Positions 48,931 to 60,377 of a DNA stretch of 64,000 nucleotides are shown here, one piece after another; the stretch's first letter is position 1, and each line of letters begins with the position of its first letter. The position numbers and the translations under genes are program-made. The stretch is taken from NCBI RefSeq assembly GCF_963853765.1, contig NC_088854.1, positions 41,912,001-41,976,000 of the forward strand. Reading direction: 5' to 3'. The stretch comes from Magallana gigas. Taxonomy: Eukaryota. The notes under the pieces were generated by a model. The model was not told where the DNA came from, searched no databases, and saw nothing but the letters and a program-made list of their open reading frames with translations.

Positions 48931-49791
48931 TCATGTAATCTGAGTATTCGCGCATTTTACGCGAATTTTTCTCCCATGAAAAGAGCAATCGCATGTATTT
49001 TACGAGAAATATTTTTTGCGTTAATTTTTGTGAGAAAATTTTTTGTGACGTTCTCGCTAGTGATCTTTCCATATAAATATTTTTGGCGTGAAAAGGTTAA
49101 TCGCATGTATTTCACGTGGAATTTTCTTGCACGAATTTTTGTTATATATATTGCTACGCGAAGTTCATGTGACCGATATCTTTCCATGTTTACCATAACC
49201 ATGCCATTTCCACATGAGACAAAATTGTTGTGCAAGTGATTTGTATATTTATCACATTCTGAATGCGGGGAATTTAACAGGCTTTGTACGCTCCCGTTCT
49301 TTGCTTCCATGGGACTTTGTTTTCTTGGGACCTGGGCCCTTTTTTTTTTTCAAAACACATCCTGTTTTGCCTTAGATTTTGATATTTGACAATCAATCAG
49401 TGCTATTTATTGATTTATAGGGACTTGTTTTCAACGTATTTCCTTCTTTTAGACAAGATTGTTATCTTGACATTTAATTTACCAAAACGCTTTGATAATT
49501 TCTGGATATACTTCATTAATTGAGAGTTGAAATAAATTCAGACTTTCTAGTAATACAAAATCAAAGAGACGACTTCGTAGAATCTATTATATTTATTTTT
49601 AAACATGAAACGTGAATTTAGTTCTGTTGAGATCAGTCAGGTTAATATATTTTTTATTCGATGTATTCAAGTGTGACTGTGTAAAATACGCGATGCATTG
49701 AGAAAAAAAAATCCACATCATTGAACAACTTAACATTTATATACAAAGGAGATGTACTTTGAAATACAATACATTGTTTTGTGCAGTCATC

Positions 49792-52700
49792 TCAAGGATA
49801 GGCATCTACCCTGATTTCTGGAATCGATGGCGGAGCTTTCACCTCCATTTCGTAGTCGGGTGGTAACATGGAGGCTGATTGAAGACTTTCCGCAGAGCCG
49901 TAGATCTGCCACGGTATAGAAGTATCAGCCACACTAAGGTCAATAAAAAGATCAACAAAATTGTCATCCACAACGGATAATCGACGAGAAGCTTCTTCCA
50001 CACTTAAATTGTTTTCAGTATTTTCCTTTACGATGCCGTTTAGTCCTTTTTGCCGTTTTTCCGTGTAGAGCTTCTTCTCGCGTCCCTCTTTCATGTATTT
50101 TTCTAGTTTGTCGTTAACTTTTCCTTTGTCGTCTGCGGGATTTGCCTTTTCACCTTCTGGGTCGTCAACTAAATTTCCTAAACTTTGTTTTCTTTCTTTA
50201 CCCCCTATATCGTCTTCCTCTTCGGGCTCAGATTCGACCTCATCCTCTCTCTTGAAAACAAAGTCATAAATAGGCCAATTTTGTTTAAAGTCGCAGATTA
50301 TTTCATCAATCTGCCCTTTGAAACTTAGCGTCTTTAAGTTGAGTTTCACGGATTTTCTTGGAAGAACATTTTTCAAGAGCATCGGCACAAATCCTCCAGC
50401 TAGGGTCGCTAAAGTCTGATTGGTCGACGAAACTTGGTGGACATTACCGAATGCCATGACAACGATCATAACAAAGAAAAGAAAAACAACAATAATGAGG
50501 AATTTTCCGGTTGCGCTTAGGAGATTTATATATACTGGTCCTGGCGCACCATGGACTCGGATTTCACAAACTTTCTGGAATAACCGGAGAGGAATTCTGG
50601 GAGTGTCGCAAGAATCCAGAAACAATAACAAATGACCGATCTTCCATGAAGGATCCTTCTTTTCAAATGTCAGAGTAGTTGGGATTTCATCCACCGCTTC
50701 AACCGGTTTCACCTGAAACGCCACATTTTCTTGCATGTTGGAGGGTAAACTAGCGACCGTCTTCAGATCTTCCACTCTGTCCATGATGTCTTCCACGACG
50801 CTCTTGTCAAAGGTGAGATAACTCTCGTACACATTATTGTAACAGTCGTGCATGTATACGATCACTAGAAGCGCCATTGAAACGTAACGAAGGGTACTTC
50901 CAGCGTTGATGATAATCCCCATCATCGTGAAAGCCATAACCTCTACAATCAAACCCACCGCTTCCACGATGATCAGGATGATGGCGTAAAGGACTGCTAG
51001 ACAGAACAGACCCACGATCCACTGAATCAAGAAGCGACGGACTGCGTTGAACTTCCCTTGACCCCACGCAGCGGCGTTGTTGTTTGTTTCATTCATGTGA
51101 GCTAGGCGGTTATGCATGCTTTTATCAATTTTAGACAACTTTTTCTGGACCTTTTTAAGTTTTTCTTTTTTCTTGCTTAAAGGTTTTTCGGGTTCTGATT
51201 CATAATTACATGTATCGTCATCAAACTTTTTTCGGGCATGAAATATAAGTCTATATGATAGATACAAAGTGGGAATGCAATAAAGAACAAAGATCACTGC
51301 ACACACAGGAAAAGCGATGAATGAATACAAAGGTGCAACGATTATAGCAATAAGTCCACATTTCTTGAAAGGCCACAAACCAATGCGCAACAAAACTTGC
51401 AAAACACTTGTTCGCGACACGTTGGCCATATCCTGCAAAGCGTCTCTCGCTATTGCTTTCAGTTTTTCCCTGACAGATTCGTCGGAAAATCCCAGGATTA
51501 CCCCAGAGAGAAAATAGAACACATAGGTGGCAATAAAAACGCCGTGTGTGGGAGAAAAATACTGGATAACGTTTCCTTTGTAGAAGTCAAACTCTTTCTT
51601 CAGTCCCAAGTTATCTATCACACGTTTCCGAAACATCACTTCGTCTTCTTCAAAGAAGTAATAGATGATAACGCGTACGTAGAATGGAAGTGGAATAAGT
51701 AACAGGAGTAGCACCTTAACAAGGGTTTGTACACACATGTGCCACGTGCACTTGGCTTTGATCATGGGTTCAAGGGATGCATACACGCTCAAGTCGCAAC
51801 ATTCCGTGAAAGGGTCCAGTCGTTTGATTTTACAACGGATAAGGTTGTCGTACAAGGTCCTGAAGATCCCGGTCGGTGGGTCGTTGTCAGGGATGATCCT
51901 CTTTCCTTTTACTGTGACTCTTAGCTCGGGTACACTGATAGGAACGATTTCATCCATCGGGCATTCCTCTAATTTCTCACGGAACCGCCTCCAATCGGCT
52001 ATGTCTTCCAGCGTCAGCCTCTTTTTGTATCTGACGGAAGTCTGAGTACTCTCAGTCACAAACATTTTGAGCTTGAGCTCTTTGGAAAGCTTCACGGCAT
52101 ACTCCGCGGCTACATAGGAGGCGTTGTACATCTGGGCCGGCATAATCAGCGGTGCAAAGAAAAACACCATCACCTTAACCAACGTAATGCACATGTGCAG
52201 CAGTAGTATCCAGCCCTGTTGAACTTCGTCGCTGCATGTGATGCTATTGTCGGGGTTTTGATTACAGCAGCGGTTGATAAACTCCGCATAGCCATCGTTG
52301 TCCTTCACGACCTCGTTACAGACGTACACTGTCCTTTCTGTTCGTGTCTCAAATTGTATTTTGGTGCCGGACTTTTCTTCTAGGCGGAAGTTGTCTAAAA
52401 TTAGGTCACGGATCAGTTGGATTCTCCCGGAAGCAGTGAGATTGTAAAAGCATCCAAACGGACGGTCAATTAACACAACATTATGGTGTTCTACACCAAT
52501 GGTCAAAATAGACATGGACAGAACGTCATAATGAAAAGAGAGCATTAACAACGTGCGGCCATGTTGCGTGCGTGTTCGATGCCACCGCCATGGTTTGTAG
52601 TTGTAGGTCTGATCCGTTCTTAAAGGGTCATTGGAATAATTAAACAGCTGAAAATTGAACTCCGCGAGAACAACTTTAGGATCGTCCAGAAATTTGGCGA

Positions 52701-52845
52701 AAGTTTCGTCTTGCAGAGTTATGACGCATCGATTTGGTGGTGCGATGGGGGGCGCCTGCTGCCCAGGGGTCAGTGTTGTCGTGGGGGTGCTACTGGTTAA
52801 CCCGGAAATGACGAACAAGAACCATGTCAACACGCATGTCTTCAT
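49792..52845 (-). CDS. Uncharacterised 1017-aa multipass membrane protein (signal peptide, Cys-containing ectodomain, ~9-11 hydrophobic segments, acidic tail); single coding exon
   Basis: Uninterrupted 3054-nt ORF with visibly higher GC than its flanks. Hydrophobic N-terminus MKTCVLTWFLFVISGLTSS. Splice acceptor tttgtag 5 nt before the ATG. No family recognised. Confidence 0.9.
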   Translation of the reverse strand: MKTCVLTWFLFVISGLTSSTPTTTLTPGQQAPPIAPPNRCVITLQDETFAKFLDDPKVVLAEFNFQLFNYSNDPLRTDQTYNYKPWRWHRTRTQHGRTLLMLSFHYDVLSMSILTIGVEHHNVVLIDRPFGCFYNLTASGRIQLIRDLILDNFRLEEKSGTKIQFETRTERTVYVCNEVVKDNDGYAEFINRCCNQNPDNSITCSDEVQQGWILLLHMCITLVKVMVFFFAPLIMPAQMYNASYVAAEYAVKLSKELKLKMFVTESTQTSVRYKKRLTLEDIADWRRFREKLEECPMDEIVPISVPELRVTVKGKRIIPDNDPPTGIFRTLYDNLIRCKIKRLDPFTECCDLSVYASLEPMIKAKCTWHMCVQTLVKVLLLLLIPLPFYVRVIIYYFFEEDEVMFRKRVIDNLGLKKEFDFYKGNVIQYFSPTHGVFIATYVFYFLSGVILGFSDESVREKLKAIARDALQDMANVSRTSVLQVLLRIGLWPFKKCGLIAIIVAPLYSFIAFPVCAVIFVLYCIPTLYLSYRLIFHARKKFDDDTCNYESEPEKPLSKKKEKLKKVQKKLSKIDKSMHNRLAHMNETNNNAAAWGQGKFNAVRRFLIQWIVGLFCLAVLYAIILIIVEAVGLIVEVMAFTMMGIIINAGSTLRYVSMALLVIVYMHDCYNNVYESYLTFDKSVVEDIMDRVEDLKTVASLPSNMQENVAFQVKPVEAVDEIPTTLTFEKKDPSWKIGHLLLFLDSCDTPRIPLRLFQKVCEIRVHGAPGPVYINLLSATGKFLIIVVFLFFVMIVVMAFGNVHQVSSTNQTLATLAGGFVPMLLKNVLPRKSVKLNLKTLSFKGQIDEIICDFKQNWPIYDFVFKREDEVESEPEEEDDIGGKERKQSLGNLVDDPEGEKANPADDKGKVNDKLEKYMKEGREKKLYTEKRQKGLNGIVKENTENNLSVEEASRRLSVVDDNFVDLFIDLSVADTSIPWQIYGSAESLQSASMLPPDYEMEVKAPPSIPEIRVDAYP

Positions 52846-53182
52846 GATTTCTACAAAGACACGTGTTGCAGTTATTTTACTTTTAAACGAAAACTTGTTT
52901 ACTACTCATAAAATTCAGTAGCATGATGACATTACAGAAAAAGAGCGGAAACTGTTTTATTATACCGGTATTTTAAAAATAAGTTCGTAATTATAAAATT
53001 AATTTTAAACACACTTTCTCCATTATTATTGTAAACAAAATGAATAAGATATTTTTGCTAAAAAAAAAGTCATTTATTTAACCACATCATACTACTTTAA
53101 AAATCTAGAAATCATTCAATTTGTTTTCATCTACTGCGATGCGTTTTATTTAGTTTAATTGAGAATTATCTGCATACATTAC

Positions 53183-53233
53183 CTCGACTGGTCTCTAGTG
53201 TCGTTCCAAACTAATACCCAAGTCGGCGATGAC
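53183..53233 (-). other. Probable non-coding 5' UTR exon of the 1017-aa gene
   Basis: ttttctcag|51 nt with no ATG|gtaatg. Confidence 0.55.
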
Positions 53234-53843
53234 CTGAGAAAATGAATGACAGGTATTTAAATCCGGTTTTATAAAGCTACGTGGGTTAACACTTTATTAT
53301 GTCATCTGCACAACCTGAAGCCACCTCAGTATTATCCCATATCCAATAGAAGAAATCTTTTTGTGCAATTTCATTGTCTATTTTATAAACCAGATTTGAA
53401 AATATTTCTTTTCACCCATCAATCAGCTACGTCGCACGAGTTTTATTTTGGAAAAAAAAAATCTTTTTCGATGATCCATCAACTACACAGGATTTTTTCG
53501 ATTAGCATTATTATTATTAATGGTAATACCTGAGTTTTTAATCAGACAAATATGTCGCTCCCTGCCTACGCTTATCCTAATCTATAGCTATATTTGTACA
53601 TGCGTTTGGGATACGAGGCAACCTTAATTTAACGAACGCGATGGTCCATTGGTTTTTAGGTGAATTTCATTATACATAATGGAGTCATTATTATAAATCA
53701 GTTTCTGTACCATTACAGATCAAAAGTAAGTTCTCTAACAGACAAAATCCTATTCGCATTCTTCTGCTAATTTGATGATAAACTAGAACTTCAATTTGGT
53801 GTTTGAACTGATCAAGTTGAATTAAACAAATCTTCATATAGTG

Positions 53844-53983
53844 GCTCATCCAGCTAAATAAAAAAAAACCTGTGGATACAATTCTAATCCAGTCTCATCC
53901 AGCTAAATAAATTACTGTGGACACAATTCTAATTCAGGCTCATCCAGCTAAAAAAATTACTGCGAACACAATTCTAATTTCAG
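53844..53983. repeat. ~45-49-bp tandem repeat, 3 copies
   Basis: ctcatccagctaaa...ctgtggacacaattctaat units at 53845, 53894 and 53939. Confidence 0.85.
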
Positions 53984-55617
53984 GTAAGATTTCTACCTGG
54001 TTTCATATCTCATAACAGGTAAAACTGTCTACCTGTTTCTTTAAACACTGTGAGCATATCGGCGAAGATTTCGTTGTGATAAATTAGTCGATACTTTTCC
54101 ATTACCTGCATGAAGCTAGAAAATACTCCAGATATCGTTTTAAATTAACATTAAATCCGTTTGTGCTTGGAGATTTAGGAATGATTCGAACTTTTTGACA
54201 ATGACCTTTTTCATATTTTGTTAACATGTATTTCTTTTTCAGTCTGTGGAAAGCAAGGCGTTATAAATCGCTGAAAGATTCGTGCAGCCAATGCACAGCG
54301 ATTCGTCATTTTCGGAACCTCGGCGTTGTTAAGTCTTTCTGCACCTGTACTTTGAGCGAATCTGATGATTTATTTAGATTGATCTTAGCAATAGTCATCT
54401 GTTGACAGAAATCTCCCCCATTTCTTTATGTGTCCCTACTCAAGGCAACCTTTTTAAACATTCTTTTGAGCAGAGGCGTGAAATTTTTTACTCTAAAATT
54501 GTGAACTTAATTCAATCTGCGGTAAAATAAACCCGAAAAATCGCTCAGTAAGAGTGCTTCAATTAACCTGAATAAAAATAGATTACATTCTAAGTGGGAC
54601 ACGGGTGCTTAGTGAGTTTTTGATACGGACCCCCCCCCCCCATATCCCATATTTATCTACATCCACTAGTCAATGTATGACTACGAACAACTATAAAATT
54701 TGTGAAGAATTCAGGTATGAGTCAAATGATCTACATGTACGCGTAAGAAACATAAAATGACGAGCTAGTATTAGAATAAATATGCTTTACATCCACACTC
54801 GAATGATTTTTTATAGCGACAAACGGCAATTCATTTTTTTTTTCAATTCAAATGGTCCTGAACATGTACAGAATTCCAGTTATAATAAATGAACGTAAAT
54901 CTCACAACAAATCCATCATTTATCATAGTCTATACAACTTTTATAACCCTCGCGCTTGTTTACTTATTATGATTTATCTTTTGAACTCGGAAACATAAAC
55001 ATTAAATTTTCCTCTCTCTTTGCCTAGCATAAAAAGATAGCAGAAGTTTGAGGACTGAAAACTTTAATTTACAATGTCCTCTTTCATTGATTAAAAGGTT
55101 ACGACTCTCGTATAAGCCTATCATCTCAGTTCAAAATGGCCCCCTTATAGAAGATCTCAGTAGACCATTGCCGTTGTACTGTCGAATGCAGAGGAAAGTT
55201 TTGGCGACAATCCATATTCTGAATATCACTTTTAAAAATTCAGATATAAAATGAGTAAAAATAATTTTTAAAAAAGTTATTATGTCATAATTCTAACAGA
55301 TTGTAAGTAAAATTCAAATCAAATGGATGGGGTCTTGTAAGAAAAAAATTATATACACTCTGTGTATGCTCACTTTAAAAAAAAAACGATATCATTTTTT
55401 TTGTGAATTGTATATATTCATTCATACATTTTCACACCATTCAACTTTTAAGTAGAGGGGAAATACAACACCCATTTAATAGGGTTTTTTCTCTCAAACA
55501 TAAGATTAGCATTGTAGTAATATGCATCACCCAATATCAATTCTCCCCTCTACTGAACCACAAAGTCGCTTGGACCCGCCGTCTCCAACACCTTGAAGTC
55601 ATTCACTTCATCTCTGC

Positions 55618-55618
<1 letters not shown>

Positions 55619-55700
<82 letters not shown>
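55619..55700. repeat. Compound (TA)n(GA)33 microsatellite
   Basis: Read directly. Confidence 0.95.
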
Positions 55701-55704
<4 letters not shown>

Positions 55705-56210
55705 CATCCATGTGCATAAATTTGAGATAAAATCTCAGATTTCCTTTATAAAAATGGAATAAAATCAAATTTAGGTAAAAATTTAGATGATTTTGTGGTA
55801 AAATCTCGAATTTGAGGATGAGAGTTTTGATAAGGAAAGTTGATAATGGTGGTGTTCTACGCCGTTTTAAAAGTTACATGTACAATGTCATGCAAATACC
55901 AAGCGTTAATCATTTCATGTAGTTTAGTAAACCTCCGCTTAAGTTCGTTATCCACATTAACCCAAACTTAATCATCTCTAAAGATATGGACCCACTGCAT
56001 TACTTAGAATCGTGTCCCAATATTAAGACACCCTGCATACAATTGTATACCCAAATCACTAAATGCAGAGACCGCAAAACAAAACCCGTGGCTACAAATC
56101 TTAGTTTCTATTGATTTAACTCTCAAAATGCATTCCACGGTTTGTCGCGATTTATTTTCTTTTTAAAAAGAGGACTGGGTTTTTTTTTTAAATGTTTATG
56201 CCCAAGATCA

Positions 56211-56340
56211 GGCCCCGGGGCCATAAAACTTAGACGAGCTCACTTTTGATCTAAGTCTTACTTTTTCACTATAAGTTCCTTTCGTAATAGTGAGACTTAG
56301 ATCAAAAGTAAGCTCGTCTAAGTTTTATGGCCCCAGGGCC
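56211..56340. mobile_element. Foldback MITE
   Basis: ggggccataaaacttagacgagct..cttttgatctaagtct ... agacttagatcaaaag..agctcgtctaagttttatggcccc. Confidence 0.75.
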
Positions 56341-57800
56341 AGTAGATGTAAGCAACTGTAACAATTTAAAAAAAAAACATTTTCTGAATAATGGCATTAA
56401 CATCCATTCGTCAGTCGAGTAAGGCTGGGAAGGTAGGGCCCGCTGGGGCTATCAAAGAAACAGCATCTAGAGCTATCTGATTTAAAAATGTAAATTTATT
56501 TCATGTAAATTTCCCCCGTTTCCTTATTTTCATTGAGACACAGAATAAATGATATGGTCATAAAACTGAAACATTTTTGGCTTCGTTCGTACTGTCAATA
56601 CGTATATTAACCATCTTAAAAATTTAGAGTATTTTAAATATTTTTATTACATTTTTTTTATCAGATAAGTTTTGCCAACTAATATTATTCCCTTACTTTA
56701 AATTCCATTCACATTTTTAATCTTTATGTACTATTTCAAGACTAACAAATGTAAAAAATAAAAGAGTTCAAAGTCCATGCATTATTATTATTATTGTGTA
56801 AAAATAAATTCTCCATGGCATTTTAAAAAAAAAAATATGTTAAGACAGATTTTACCTTGATGAGAGAAAAAGTAACGTTCGGTTCCAATAAAAGGCAACA
56901 AATTATAAACTCATCTTCGGAAGAGTAATTTCGGAATCTCCTCTCCACCTTTCCTTGGTACAGACAACCCACCCAAGATCCTCACGGCAACGCACCCACA
57001 TGTCTCCAGAGCGAATCACGGACTGACTCTACAAGCAAAAACACCTGTTTTTATCAGCATGTGCTTGTAGAATATACCCGGCCTTGTTGACACAACATCG
57101 CTAACTTTCTCTAAAACTCTCAAGTGATAGGGGGAGTTGGACGATATTTTTAAGTTGAGGTACATGTATTAAGTGATCAATGTTCTGAAGAGTTTGGAGT
57201 AAGTTAAACAATGATGTCATTTTGATTTCTTATTTAAATATCATGTACATTGTGATGTAAAAATTGTTTGAGCATTTTAAAAGTTAGATCATTAGAGTGC
57301 TGATCTAAGTAAACATGAAGTTAGTTTATGTGAAATAGATCTTCAGATTTCATGTTTGTCGTAAATTATGGCTGATTTCCGCAAGGTGTAATTCACCCAT
57401 AGATTGACATTTAAAAAATACATTTACGGGGATGTTTGAGGTATTCCGAATTACTCGGCGATTCTTGACAGTTGCTGCATATTGCATATATATCCAAGAA
57501 TGAAATTATCCAATTATTATTTAGAAGAATCACGTCTAAACAAATATTTATCGAATCATCAGAAAAAAAGATACCTCGTAATAGCGCGAGAGAATAATGT
57601 CGCTTTCACGAGAAAAAGCCTCGAAAATACAAAGTATACATATATATTTACATTTTCCAGTGTCTTTGCCTGTGATAACACTGCGTATCGATTTTGTACT
57701 ATATAACCCATAATACCAATGACGCCAAATTAAGGCACCAGCGGGGTTTGCCTATTTATATTTAAATCGTACGATGGCTTAAAATGATATAAATATAAGT

Positions 57801-57953
57801 AATAAGGAATCATTTTTTGAATATTATAAGGTGATAATTTCGGTCGGGGCGAGATCAAATCTATGATAAAGCTCTTCGGGCTTTATTGGATTTGATCACG
57901 CCCCGGCCAAAATTATCACCTCATAATATTCAAAGAATGATTTCTTATTCCTT
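57801..57953. mobile_element. Palindromic foldback MITE with cttcgg loop
   Basis: aataaggaatcatt..ttgaatattat.aggtgataattt...taaagc-tcttcgg-gcttta...aaattatcacctcataatattcaaagaatgatt..ttatt. Confidence 0.75.
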
Positions 57954-58916
57954 ATGTACTCCGAGTAACCGTTTTAGGAATTTCACGATAAAAGTGCGCT
58001 AACATAATATAAGTGTTAATCTTAGAACCGGTATCCTTAATTAAATTATTATTCATATTATTTTGTACCCAAAGCTTCGTGTCAAAATCGAGACTTTGTC
58101 CCTAAAATCGGGAAAATATATATATATCTATAAAAATATAGTTTGTACAAGTGTGTTAACCAGTAAAAGTCAAACTAATTTTAAATTTTCTGTGCTTGTT
58201 TGGTAGTATAAGGGGTGGGATGGGGGCTTAACTTAGGGATTAGATAAAAATCAAATTTAATAGCTCGATCAGATTCCAACTCATGACCATCTGACATTAT
58301 TAACAAGAATTACACATGATTTATGCATGCAAAGCACACTATTTAATTTAATAGATGTAAAGTTACTAATGTTTTAATATACAATAAGTAGTATTGTTTA
58401 CTCAAAGTTTCAACAAATAAATAATTAGTTCAATTTCCATTTTTAAACAAAACACATAATAGTATAAACATGGACCAGGGCAGTGTAACATTTCTTCACT
58501 TTTAGATATTGGAGGTGTGGAATATCAATCTGAACTAAATATTTAATCTAGCAGCTGTACATGTGCGTAAAATATATTATCATATTATCTAGAAGTGAAG
58601 GCAATTCGCTGTAAAGTCGCTGTTGGAATGGAATGAATCTTTTTTTTATCCTCAGATCTGTTCTAGATAATTCAAACATTACTTTCTGTTAACATTAAAA
58701 AACAACAACAATTAACCAAAACTTGTTATTTTCAGATTTTGTAAGGAATACATGTATGTGTGTACAGGAGCGCGTCGTAATTAACATTTTGCATGGTCTC
58801 TTGATCAAAGTAACGTTCCTTCTGATAACTTACATATCGTCTCAGTTCTTTTCAGGCATTACTTTAAAGATGCAGGTTGCTGGTTATTTTATATGTACTG
58901 GTAAAATACATATCCT

Positions 58917-59052
58917 NNNNNNNNNNNNNNNNNNNNNNNNNNNNNNNNNNNNNNNNNNNNNNNNNNNNNNNNNNNNNNNNNNNNNNNNNNNNNNNNNNNN
59001 NNNNNNNNNNNNNNNNNNNNNNNNNNNNNNNNNNNNNNNNNNNNNNNNNNNN
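58917..59052. other. Assembly gap (N run)
   Basis: 136 N. Confidence 0.99.
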
Positions 59053-60377
59053 TTCATTTCCTGGCTATGATACTTTTTCGTGATCAATAAACAGTGACAA
59101 CAATCAAACTGCTAAGCGGACACCTACTTTTCATTCCTATTTTGTCAAATCAAGATAATTATAAAAAAAAATATGCATACATTTTTCGCTCTAAAAATTA
59201 TGTACTGGTATGACTTTGCTTTTTTAAAAATCCGTTTTTCCTTTTTCAAAATGTAAAGAAATGTATTTATCTATGTCACTTTTCATGCATTGCATTTGCA
59301 AAAGTTGCTTCAAGGGTAGATGATTATCAAAAACATTACAGCACGTCATTTCAACAGATGACTTTTCTTCTAAACATTTAAACTGTATTTTGAGGTCCTA
59401 TTAAATAAAAAAAAAATTGAAAAAAGGCGAAAAAGAATATACCTACTTAGCATTAAATATTGTCACTGCTTTTTACCTACTATAATACAGAAAAGGGAGC
59501 CTATCGGCTATGTAACATTAGTTGAATGAGTAATCTTCTCTTCGGTATATATATGTATGAATTAAGATATAGGGTAACATCATTTCATTTAAGTTCATAA
59601 TAGACACAGGTAATTGATCCCGATGCTAAAATTCATGACGATGCCAACATGTATATTGCTCAAATTACACGTGCATGTCATTTTGCGAACCTGAAGGTAT
59701 AAGACGACAAAGAATATACCTACTTTTAAAACACTGTATAATGTCACTGCTTAAAAAAACCCAGGTTCTTTAGAAAGTGGATATCCTATTTGGAGGACAG
59801 TAAGACCGAGTGTCATATTTTTTAACGCAGCTGATTAAATGCATATCAATTTGCTGAATTTTAATATTGCATAAAAAAAAGTATGACCCGCGTTAGCAGG
59901 GTATGTAGATATTTTCTGCAACCATAATTATGATCATTCTGACATCATTATGATTGTGTCATGCAGTCCGTGATTTTTCTTAGGTTGCTGAAGGTTTCGA
60001 CCAAATCGATAAACTGGTTAGAACTGGATCGTGTAGGCTTTCATAGTTTAAAACTGCTATACAACCTGAATAAATGCTGCGTAATATTTAGAACAACGGG
60101 CATTAAATATATTCTCCACTGTCTCCCTCCAGAAGAATTAATGACACTGGAATAGCACTCTTTTCAATGAAATATCAATAATGTTTGGTGAGTCATCAAC
60201 CTATAAGACAAGCGCCTCACTTTTTCTCTCATTTTTTTTCACTAAAAGACAGGTTTTAGACCTTGGACTTTGCAAAACTAGTTTTGAAATGCGGACACTG
60301 TCTGAGGTTTTAAATTTTTTATCTGTTGAAATAAAAACTCTAAAATTTAATTAAATAGGTAAGAAAAGAAAAAAAGA

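Noticed and set aside
50420-52921. Several plus-strand and off-frame ORFs overlapping the 1017-aa gene
   Set aside because: Shadow ORFs expected opposite a long GC-richer CDS, with no independent start, splice or motif evidence.
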